This document shows, one piece after another, positions 52,890-64,000 of a stretch of 64,000 nt of DNA. Location: positions 4,340,001 to 4,404,000 of the forward strand of contig JANJGN010000034.1 of NCBI GenBank assembly GCA_026770705.1, in the 5' to 3' direction. Numbering within the stretch: the first letter of the stretch is position 1; every line of letters starts with the position of its first letter. The stretch is from Isurus oxyrinchus. Taxonomy: Eukaryota. The position numbers were made by a program, and so were the translations under genes. Under the pieces are notes generated by a model that searched no databases, was not told the DNA's origin, and was given only the letters and a program-made list of their open reading frames with translations.

Positions 52890-53560
52890 GCAGCAATCAC
52901 TGAAATTAAGAAGCAGGTGCAGCAAGCAGTTAAGACGGTAAATGGTATGTTAGTCTTCATTGCTTGGGTGCAGGAGCAAGCAGGTCTTACTGCAGCAATT
53001 CTGGTCCTTAGTGAGATCAGAACTGGAGCTCTCTGTCTAATATTAATCTCCTAACATAAGTATTGGCGCATGTTTAATCGAGATCGGGCACCGAGTGTTT
53101 GGCAGACCGATTTCCGCTATTGCAGAATCGTTGTATGAGGAGAGATTGGGTAGACTAGGCATGTACTCACCGGAGCTTTGGAGATTGCAATGAAATATAT
53201 AACATTTTGACAGAGCTCGGCACACTGGTTGCAGGGATAACGGTTTCTCTGCCTAGAGGTCTGGAAAGAGGGACAAAAACTCTGGGTACCGAGGAGTGCA
53301 TTGATGACTCAGATGAGTTCATGCTTCTTCACTCATACGTAGGTTGAGCTGTGCAATTCTCTACTACTTTGTTGTCGAGGCAAAGTTACTGAAAACCTTG
53401 AAGAAATAAATAAGTCGATTATTAGGATGTAAAATTGTCAAGAGGTATGGGAAGAAGGCAGGATTATGTCCTGGAGCCAGAGGATCAGCCATGATCATAA
53501 TGTATGGTGGAGCAGGCTCGACAGGAAGAATGGCATACTCCTGTATCGATTATCTCTTTC
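52890..53560 (+). mobile_element. CR1 LINE 3' end
   Basis: QVQQAVKTVNGMLVFIA, LYEERLGRLGMYS, tail gatcagccatgatc..ggagcaggctcg. Confidence 0.8.
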
Positions 53561-53677
53561 TCTGAAGGGACAGGGTGAATAGTTTCCTTCTATATTGTGA
53601 TACATCTCTGAATTTATGATGGAAACTTCTTCATTTCATTCTAACTTCATCTATATTTTTACCCACAATGTTTTCAG

Positions 53678-53704
53678 CGGTGGGGGATATGTGCAAAACT
53701 GATG
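53678..53704 (+). CDS. 27-nt microexon (A)VGDMCKTD
   Basis: Acceptor tttttacccacaatgttttcag with ctaac branch motif, donor TG|gtatgt, open. Confidence 0.75.
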
Positions 53705-56700
53705 GTATGTCGTTCTAATTATGCACAGTTGTGAAAAAAAAAAACTCCCAGGCTGCTGTACATTCAGCTTAGTTGTTGTGTGAATGGATTATGGAACAGA
53801 TTTCAAAGAGCAATAAAAAAACAAATTATGTGCGGTTAGATCATGAAATTATCTTAATGATCAGATTCCAAAAAATAACAATGTTGCATAGCATAATGCA
53901 TTATAGGGCATGTGCAGCACCGAATGAGAGAAAGAAGCCCAGTTGGTCCATGCATTCCTTTACGTCTAGGCGAATATACACACACCCTTCTCCAAGTAAT
54001 CTCAACAAAATATCCTTATATTGAAATTCCCAGCACCAGCCGCCAAAATGTACATGTCTGCTCTAAGTCAAAACTATCCAACCATTTAAGAATCTTGGAG
54101 GCCTTAATGTGCGCATCACTCAAATGTATGATTCTGCAGGGATATTGAACCTGACAATATTACATTGACATTCTTTATCTCCCAGTTATTACATCTTTCT
54201 TGTAAATGAAAATTGCTTGTGCAATTTATCCAATGCGATTGTGTTTTTTTGTTCTGTAGAATGGTAAATCGAGCGTTGCATAGTGCTCCAAAGTTATTCA
54301 ATGCATTTTCTATAGAAATTCAGCACAGCTTCCTTAACTTTACATTATCTTCCTCTGGAATTAATTAGCAGCGTTTTTGACTCCGTTTACTGTATTCTTC
54401 TTAAACTGTGCCAACATTTAATAAAATTGCACTGTGAAGATTGTTCAGTTTTACACTTGATTTGGATACGTTAAATCCAGCGAAAATTTGCCTCGTTTAT
54501 TCTCGCTGAGAAAATGTTCATAACATTTATTAACCAATTCCATGAACAATCAGTCAGTTTGTTAATGCATTTCTTACATTTGTCCCCTTAGCCGTATTTT
54601 CCAACGGGGAGTGGTGCTATTTGCAAACATTTATTCACTTTAGTCGATTTTGCAGTTGGAATTATTTATATAAATGGAATGCGGCAGTGGATGCCATGAC
54701 TGCTTTTGTGGGACACCGCTTCACGCAATACTCCAGAGTGAGTACTTGCCTGCAACACTTCTTCTTAGTTTTCCGTTCAATTTCTGATTATCCACCTTGC
54801 GACTTATTTCTAGACTGCACATGTTCTGACCTTAACCATAATTCATGTTATTGCATTACTTTGCCTTTTAACACCCCTTCCGATTGTCAGTTCCATTCAA
54901 TTGTTATCGGTTATGTAATGTGATGAACGAGAATAGGAATTATATATGTTTTGCGTCACTCTCTTATCCAACTTCTCAAAGTATAGTATAGCTTGACGCA
55001 ATGCCATTCAACAGTGTGCCTTCAATCGCAAATATTCCACATGAGAATGGAATTTGGGGGAAAAGGAAAAACTCAATGTAAGTACGGTGAACTATTTGAC
55101 TCCATTCCACAATCACATATTCCAATGAGGGTAAATACTACAAAGCTGTTTAAATGAAGGTAGAGCTTTACGATCTCATGATGTATCACATGTTATGCAC
55201 AACTCTCAGATCAAAGGTTAATTTCATCCATTTCGAACCGTTGTTGCTTGATTGCACTGTCAACCCACAGCTTTGCAGTTTGAGGTTCACAGGATAATCA
55301 TCTATGTAACAACGTTGACTGAACACATGCATCCTTATTTACTCAAAGATTCAGAAGATACATTTTTGGCATATAAACAATTTGGGCGCCTGGGGGTTAT
55401 GAAAGGGGCGAAATAAATGGGAATTAGTTCGTTATTTGATATGTGCTTAATCCAGTCAGGCACTTCAAATTACCCTTCAAACTCGTACAGTAATCAATTA
55501 ATTATTTTAAATTATAATATCACTGTTATGATGTCGAGTTGAAATTATTTCGCCATTGCAGATGAACGACTGCTTGAAGCAGAACATGTTAAGGAAGCCT
55601 TTAATGGTATCTCATGTGTAAACATTTATAAAAGCAACACTCCAATTATTTAACTTTAAATCTCCTCTAATGTATCACGGTAATTTGAAAGGGTGTATTC
55701 AATCGGGCGTGTGCAATATTTGAAGCAAGTGCAACTGATAGCAGTTTAATTCATCCTTGGAGGTTAGCATGTAATGGGGGTAGGCATTCAGTGACCAATT
55801 GTGAGCCTAACTCTTTCATCATTATTACCTATGCCCTTGTTTGGCATTTTCATTTCATCTTGCCATTTCATCACTCCTACGCTCCAAGATATCACAACAC
55901 AAACATTTTCTTATATCTTGTTAAATGTTTACATGCCACTGTATGTGCCTAAAAACTGCTAGATTCTCACCTCCATCTATACAGATGAAAATCCAGCGCC
56001 CTGAAATCTGGTATATATTTCTTTGTCCAAGGAGGTGATTCAAAATTTGCTCATGGTGTAGAACAAGGTGCTGAAGCAAAGGCTCGACATAATTTGGTCA
56101 TTATAGAGCGAAAAAAAATCAGTACAGCCCTAGCTTTATTATTACAAGACGAATTGCAGACTGCAAAATGTGCATCAGGAGCACTATCTTATATTTTCTA
56201 TTAAAGGCGATGGGCAACAACATATGCACCAGAAATTCGTGCTAATAATTTGATAATGCAGTCGTGACATAGATTCAGACATCGAGAATTTACTCCAGAA
56301 TCTATTAGTGTTAATTCAAGGATGCGTGCAACATTGCAGAATGTGTAGCCATTCAAATCATTGAACACTTTGCTGGCTCTTTGAGATTATTTTTCAACTG
56401 ACCCAATTTCCGGCCCTCTTTCTTCTGAAACACAATGCTTTTTAAGATCATTCAATTGCAATCCATTTGCCACGGAAATCTGACAGGACAACCAGTTCCA
56501 ATATTCTTTTGGGCAAAGGATTACAAATCATTATAAGTCAATGAAAGATAACAAGCCCAAAGCATCCCTCCCTTCGCCACTTAAAGGAAATGTGTCTTTC
56601 CTGGCTACCCATGATCCTACCATGGGGGATAAAAAGAAGCATCTCCTGTTCTGCTATATCAAAAGCCGTGGCTGTATTAAAATTTGAATTTAACAACTGC

Positions 56701-56759
56701 TTTTATTTAATGTAGAATAATCTCATCTAAAGCCTTTTTGTCACTTATATTCTCTTCAG

Positions 56760-56795
56760 AACTTAAACATCTGAAAAGCAGCATGAAAGATAAAG
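56760..56795 (+). CDS. 36-nt microexon (E)LKHLKSSMKDK
   Basis: Acceptor cttatattctcttcag, donor AG|gtgacc, open. Confidence 0.8.
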
Positions 56796-58714
56796 GTGAC
56801 CAAGAACACATTTGGAAAATATAACTTTAAAGTGTTTGTCCATTTATTTATTTTCCGTGAGGGCATTCAAATCTACTTGCATCAACATCCTTTAGCAGTG
56901 ATGCTCTAAAGTATCAACATTACTATAGAGTGGAGATGGATTAAAATCACCCTAATTGCCTTGATGCTCCTGCAGCGCTCACTCTCAAAAATGAAACAAG
57001 GGTTGAATTTCTGAGGACAGCCTCAATAGATTCGGCATGTATTCCTTTTAAATTAGGAGATTAATCACATTGAGAGGTTCAAGAGTGTTAAGTAAGTTTA
57101 CTGGCTTCAGAAAACAGCTATTTCCTTTCTATGAGGAGTAAAGAAACAGGAGGCAAATTATTAAATTAGATCTGGGGCATTCCGCTGTGACGTTAGGAAA
57201 GTTTTCTTGCCATTAATGCCAATTAAAATGCATAACACTAAAGAATAAAGGCATTGATAATTGATCATTTCAACATTTGCAAATTGTGATTCCGCCCCGC
57301 TCGCCACCGGGATCCGTGAATCTCGCCAAAACTCAATGGTGGTTTGGCTCGGCCATCGTTTCTAAAACAGCAGATCCTGCTACCATGTTTTTTTTTCCTC
57401 TTTGGAATGGCATTGAATTTGCTCAAATAAAGGTGAAACAGACCGTAAATTTTCCAGGTCAGCTGTAATCAATTTGAATTGAAGGTCTCAATGATTGACT
57501 GACCTACTGATTTTTCCTGTTCCAATTTTCTAATTTTGTGTCAATTTCAGAATATATAATTGAATCTGCTCAGTTCCTTATGCATTATAATACCATCGCT
57601 AATGTTAAGTTGTTAAACAAACGTTTGATTTTTCGTTGACTAAAATGTTAAGTATTTCATATTTCAGTAATGAGAGGTGCTGCGTGTGGAAAGGTCCACA
57701 TTTGTTTCCCATCGTTATTGGCTTCTCTTAGTGTAGTTAAGCATCAACCAGATGGTTGTGATCCTGGAGTTGCACTTTGGCCAGGCTGGGCCACATTATA
57801 CAGCTCGTTTCTCAGCAATGTATCAATGGATGACCAGAGCGCTACTTTCCAGCAGAATTCGAGGAAAGAGTTGCAGTCAGTCGATTTCAGGACTGGATCT
57901 GGAGCTTCAGGAGCAGCTCTGTTTGCTATCCAAGTTATTGATGTTTCTTCTCTTCGAAATTAAAAGCAAAACCACTTTGTAACACAGCGTTTAATGCAGT
58001 TCCCACCTACTCTAATCCCCGCTGCAAAACCATTGTCCAAATTGCGACGGGTCTCCAATGAGCCAGCCAACTTCAAGGGTTTCCTGCTTCTTTAAAACTG
58101 CAAAATTGCTTCTCCTTGTAAAATTTAGCCTTTCCAAGGAACAACAGCTACAAGATATTTGCAGTAACCCTTTAAGGAACAGCTCTCTTTAGAAAAATCA
58201 GACAAATTGTTGTCAGTTGTAGGAGATGAACCATTTTCCTCATTTACAATTGTCATGACACGTCCCGCTTCGGAGAAATCAACTGAAATATATATTTGTC
58301 TTCCTTACTATGTGTAACAAAATTACAGCACACAAGCACACATGCACTCATTCACTATTTTTTAATACGAATTGAATACACTATTATTTTGGCCTGTAGT
58401 GAATTTTGTATTTAATTTACATTCCAGACAAAGCATTGACAATTGCATTGTTTTTCCCGGCCATGTGGACAATTTTTAAATGAAATGGGAGTAATGATGA
58501 ATGCCATAGAAATACATAGTCGACGGGGTTAAATCAGTGTATCCCGGTGACTCCATATATGTGTCCTGAATTTATGTCAAAATGTTTAAGAGATAATATC
58601 AAGTCAAGGATTTCCAGTTCAGCAAAAGAGTATGTTTTCCTGTTATCGATTTAGCTTTTTATTCAAAAAATATCTGCTTGGCCTTCCTCTGCCTTTTCCG
58701 ACTTCTTATAACAG

Positions 58715-58732
58715 AACTGAATCTTGTCCCAG
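58715..58732 (+). CDS. 18-nt phase 1-1 microexon candidate (E)LNLVP
   Basis: Strong pyrimidine tract ccttcctctgccttttccgacttcttataacag, donor AG|gtcagt, open; size differs from the 27/36 pattern. Confidence 0.4.
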
Positions 58733-59539
58733 GTCAGTAGCAGCAATTGCTACTTATAAATATTTAGTGAAATTTGGAGCTGTTAACAGTGCTTCCTTGA
58801 CAAAAATGGCTACCAACGTTACAAAATAAACTTCGCCACACCGTGTCCACACTTCATTTCCTTACTCTTGCAGCAAATCAATTACCAGAGCAACTGGATT
58901 GTTTACCTTTGGTACAAATTTCCATTAAACCGCACTGTTCTTCAACAGCCTCAGAAATGGTCGTTTAGTTTTCGGGGTAGGCAACACCCTCAACTCCAGA
59001 AAGTTCGTTATTTAAAGCAGAAATTCTCCTTACCATCTATAAAGCTGAGGTAACTCCCCTTGCTTTCCCAAACTCAATTTTGCTAATTGTTATTTAGAAA
59101 CTAGCTGCCTGTATTGTTTCTGATCAGAGCTTCTGGTTGTTTAAGTGGTGCATACTTATGACAATGAACATAGATTTGTATCATCAGCATTAACCACACA
59201 TTTAGGAAAACTCATGGCATTTATTTTGCTCTGTCATTGGAAACTTGATGAGGATTTTTATTTTTTTTTATTTTTTAGCCCGAATGGCTTTATGTGCCTT
59301 TGGAAAATGCCGTTTGGTTTGACAGATGTCGACATTTTTTCAGCTTGGCGAGTTAAAAGATACTTCCAATATCCTTTCAGCAAAAATCTATTTTAGTAAA
59401 ATACATGGCACTTCCAACTCTCTCAAAACAGTATTTCCAGCGAATATTTCGGTAGGCATATGTTTTTATTAGACATTAGCCATGTGGGCGCCTATGTAGA
59501 ATCTGTTCGAATTATCTCATTAATGAATTAATACTACTG

Positions 59540-60620
59540 AGGAACTGCAACTGCTTACAATATGTTCTGTTAAGTCCTTTTCCAACAAGAACTAGAACTC
59601 TGTTTGCACCTTTGACTCTTTATCTACAAATCATCATTAAGGATGTTCTTCAATAGGTGAGGGTTCTGCTACATCTATGTCTTGTAGGGGTAAGGTTGTG
59701 AAAATTGGTTTGTCCTTGCAGGCTCCTTTAAATGCTGCTAAAGGCCTTGAGAGCTTTTTTGCTGTTCTGCATCTGAATATGAAAGCATGGTTTCCAATCT
59801 TCCTCAAAGCGCATTGTTTGTTAAGGGGATAGCAGGAGGTTTGTGAATTGTCAGGGCATCCTTCCGCCTCGGTCTCATATCTACTTCACCTACCACTGCT
59901 CATGTTACCTAGCACAGCTTAATTTCATCATCCTTCACTCAGCTTTGATGTTGCATGAACATATTGATTTGACATAGCCAATAATTTTCTTTACTGTGTC
60001 TTGGATTATTAATCATATAATTCAAAGTACAAATCCGTTTGACTGTTTTATATAGATCACATGACCGTGCCTTTACTGGTTTGCCCTGTAAAGGCATTAA
60101 GGCTACCTCATAATCCTTGACGGAACGTTTGTCTGCTTGTCCACCATTTTGTCATGGTTGTTTGGGAATCTTTAAGCTGTCCCTAAGACGCATTGTTGAT
60201 AATGCAAGCGGCTCCATGCACCCAGATACATTATCTACAATCCCATCTTCGTCTTTCTGTTCCAAAAATCGTTCTTTGATCAGTTTGAAATGGCCATTTC
60301 GCATCCATGTCCAAAACATTACTCAATACGATAGAAACCAACAGCGTGATTCTCTGAATCCCTAAATGCAAACAAAATCAATATTGTCTTTTGTTCCAAT
60401 CACAGCTTTAGCATTTACAGTAGGCCCAAAGCGTCATGTATTTTTTTTTAGGGTCTGATTTTAATGTTGTAAAGCTCTTTGCGTGGGTGGACATATCCAA
60501 GGAATTCCTTATTTTATCCCCCCGGACGAGTCATCACTTCATGACACAAAATATAAATGAAATTGGAACTTTGCTCCGACTGGACCTCACTTGAGAATCC
60601 ATACGAGTGAAAAATATAGT
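59540..60620 (-). mobile_element. Possible very old RTE-like LINE remnant
   Basis: Faint minus-strand motifs (VRQG, LVLVGK); heavily broken. Confidence 0.3.
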
Positions 60621-63019
60621 TGAGTTCAATAGCTGTTGGAAGCTATTACTTCCGCTGTGGCCTGCAAATTTCCAATCAGTAAATCTAAACCGTCTACAAT
60701 CAAACTATGAACGGCTACTAACGTTATCATTCGAGTCATTAAGTCGCACTAAAGGTGCAGACTGTACAAAACAACGGGTATGAGCTCACTGGCAAAGACA
60801 TTTTTATTCTAAATCCTTGCAGTTTAGTGAACATTCTGATGCATAAAGTCATGCCTTTTCCCCAGCAAAAGAATATCATAGCCACCATATAATTCAGTAT
60901 AACTAGAGGGTATACTGCTTCATTTCAGCCACACTTGGTTACTTTTTCTATTGACAAACATTCCATGCATCCTTTCTGTACATTGTCGCCCTTCCTCATA
61001 CTCACAGCACTGCTTTTACTTGAATTTAGATCTGCAGTCAGAGCTACAATTTGGCCTGCGCTAGTGTTCGCCTGGGCACCTTTCTTTGTGTCATTTTTCC
61101 CACCCTAATAAGTCCAATAGATTTAGAACGTCAACTTCTGAAATTTGCATGTACGTGTCATAGCTTGTGACAAATGGAAGACTTAGGCCTTCGGACTTCA
61201 CTCCAGCCCTCACGACATTCCTTACTGGCCTGAACAGGATACTCTGGTACATTCCCAGCTGTTCCTTTTCGTCGCTGCCTAATTGCCTTCTCGTGATGCT
61301 GGCACCTTCTATCTTTCTCAGACTTGTGGAGGTGGCGGGAGTAATATTGGGCTCAAAGACAACCTAATAATCATCAGACCGCTCAGTTGTGTTTGAAAAA
61401 AATTCGTTCCTTACATGGGCCGTATTGATACAGTGTGTGTGGGGGTGGGGGGCCGTGTTGCGGGGTGGGGGGGTGGCTATGGGGGTTGGGGGGTCAATTT
61501 GGGGAGCAGGGGCTGGGGTGTTGGGGTATTATATTCGGCAGGAGAATTATTTCGCTAAACGTCTTCCTCATGACTCCTGTGTTTCATGCCTTATCCAACG
61601 ATCAAAATCGGTTTGCTTTACACTCTCAAATTCTATGCAAGTCTGCAACAGATTTTTCCAGAAATTCTGAAATATCTGGCGTAAGCTTCAGGAATCCACT
61701 CATAAGCAGCGAGAAAGCTTTGACACACACAAACGCACAAGGATGTAACAAAATGCAAAAGAGGAATCGTGTAAAAAGTCCTTGGAATTTGATGGCTCGG
61801 TCATTGCTTTTAAGGCACAGGTTGAAGACAACTTGCAGGCAGTAAATTGCAGATGGAAAGCAATTTAAGTGCAACTTCCATTCAATCTCTGCGTTGGGAA
61901 TGGGCCTGGAGATTCCGTAGCCAGTGTGCTCATTACCCAATTAGTTGATTTTTTATTTTCTCTCCTTCAATGCAAAACCAAAATCACCTTTTAAGCAGTT
62001 TTCAAAGCAGTTTTGCTTCGTCCGAAAGTCACAAACCACCATGTTACCCTTTTCAAAACATTTCTCCAAGTCGAGAGATGTCCAACTCATTTAGAATTGC
62101 TTACTTATCTTTTATTGTAAAATGCTGTCTTTTCTAGCAGCAACCACCGCCAGGCTCGTTGCAGTGACCCATTAAGGAACAGTGTTTAAAAAAAAAAAAC
62201 ATGTTTTTGCAGGATGCTCTTTGTCCTTGAAGATGAACTGTTTGCTGTTCCTAAAGGATTTGCTGCGTGGAAATTAATTAAACAGTTTAGAAAAATCGAT
62301 TGTAAGTTAATGGCTAACATCATTGAGGCTAGTTTTATAGTTCGGGTCTCTTAACTGTACTTAAATACTCGAGCAGCTGTGGTGAGATTTGAACACGTTT
62401 TGCCTGAGATTATTTTTTTTTACAGACCATACGCCCCTGGACATTGGTGTTAGATTACCTATAATCTCTACGTGCAGAATGAATGCAAATTCAAACAAAA
62501 AATGGCCCTTTGCAATGTGATTTGTGTAGAAATAACATATTATTGTTGCAATCATAATTTTATTCTGGTTCCAATTACTTTGATACTAATGATGCCCCCA
62601 GCATTACAAATTCGGCATAAATGCAACAATGAGTTACCAGGCTGCGTTTCGTACTGCCACTGCTTGCACCGCAGTTTGGACGAACAGGGATGCCCAGAAT
62701 CTACGCCAGCCGAAACGGGGATACAAGTCAGTGCTTTGTGCACCAATCAGCTCCATTCCAGCCGTCCAGCCAACTGGTACGCCAGGGAGGGCTCCAAAAT
62801 ATATGTTGAAGCCTGAAGCTTTGGATTGGAATGGTAGACGGTCGAATTACCTCCTTACAACCTGTGATTGCTTTATCTTTCTTCTTTCTGTTCACCTTAT
62901 ATCGCTCGTAAGCTGTTCCAGTACAAGTACGTAACTGGCATTGATTTATTAGTTAATTTTGTTTGTTTTTGCTGGAAAGAATTACAACATTGGCATCTAA
63001 ACGGCTATGTAGAAAATTG

Positions 63020-64000
63020 CCCAGATATGTCTATACACATAAGCAGGAGAAGTCAAACTGTTCCAGTTACCACCCCATCAGTCTTATCTTCATAATCAGT
63101 AAAATAATGGAAGGGACCATCAACATTGCTCCAATGGGGCTCTTGCTTTGCAATAGTTTGCTCATTGGCGAACAGTTTAATTTCCACAATGGCCTCGCAA
63201 CTCCTGCCTTCATTACATCCATGTTTCAAGCATAGTTAACGTAGCTAAATTCCAGAGGTGAGGTGTGAGTTTCGGCCCTTGACGTAAACTTCTCATTGGA
63301 CCAAGGCTGGCATCAAGGATTCCCTGAAAAAAAAACTGGTATCAAAAGAGATGAAGCTTAAAACTCTCAGCCTTTTGGAAACATACCTGGCCAAAAAGAA
63401 AAATAAAATAAATGGCTGTGGTTGTTGAAGGTCAATAATCTCAGCTCCAGGACCTCACTGCATGAGTTCCTCCGGGTACTGGTCTTGAAGCATCGATCTT
63501 GAGCTGCTTCAAGAATGATCTTCCGTCCATCATAAGGTCAGAATTGTGGAAGAGCACTGAAAATTGTATAAAGTTGAACACCATTCGTGAGTCCTCAAAT
63601 ACGGAAGCTTTCCATGTCCAAAGGCATGAAGTCCTGGGCAACATCCATGCTTGGGCTGACAAGTAAAATTTTCGCCACACAATTGTCAGGCAAAGACAAA
63701 CTTCAACAAGACAAAATCCAAACATCACCCCTTGATGTTCAATGGATTAATATGACTGAATGCCTCAGTATCAAATCCTTGGACGTTACCTTCCTTCAAA
63801 ATACATATATTCTGTAGCTACAAGTGCAAGGCAGATTCTAAACATCCTGCGATGAGTAGCTCAAATTCTGACTGCCTAAATATTTGGCAACTATCTACAT
63901 GGCAGAAGTCAATAGTGTGATGTAATGCTCCTCATTGGCTTGAGTGAGTGCAACTCTCACTACTCTCTAGAAGCTTAAAAGCATCCAGGGCAAAACAGCC
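63020..64000 (+). mobile_element. L2/jockey-group LINE RT region, degenerate, runs off the window end
   Basis: HKQEKSNCSSYHPISLIFIISKIMEG, QFNFHNG, SRGEV*VSALDV, VPPGTGLEASILSCFKNDL, YMAEVNSVM. Confidence 0.85.

Noticed and set aside
56032-56067. 36-nt open candidate GGDSKFAHGVEQ
   Set aside because: AAG acceptor, weak gtgctg donor, no heptad character, and it overlaps what looks like a decayed PLE tail.
3138-56795. Naming the microexon gene (TRDN, BTN/BG, TRIM, CLEC)
   Set aside because: No diagnostic domain exon is in the window. The peptides are Leu-heptad, not KEKE-rich as in triadin, and the exon sizes differ from the usual 21-nt BG/BTN units, so no symbol is assigned.

Overview
AT-rich vertebrate genomic DNA; the repeat complement (CR1, L2/jockey-group, RTE, tRNA-type SINEs, Penelope-like elements) suggests a cartilaginous fish (inference). 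There is no intact long ORF, and the ORF track is mostly noise or retroelement debris. (1) Reading splice signals on the + strand reveals about 22 microexons across about 55 kb, all 27 or 36 nt, symmetric phase 1-1 and open in that frame. A 36+27 pair is 21 aa, exactly three heptads, and several runs splice into a clean coiled coil. Five of the 27-nt exons sit in a decayed tandem array of 1.1-2.4 kb units, which records exon birth by duplication. The gene identity cannot be seen here; a butyrophilin/BG-like tail or a lectin-type neck are candidates. (2) A very young Penelope-like insertion (1358-2746) is a near-perfect 1.3-kb palindrome flanked by a 15-bp TSD. Its centre coincides with a short hairpin in the element's GIY-YIG region, and each arm carries a minimal hammerhead ribozyme with a CUGUCGA variant core. 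A second, non-palindromic copy with an 11-bp TSD sits inside an old CR1 ORF1. All calls were made by eye, and the boundaries of old repeats are approximate.
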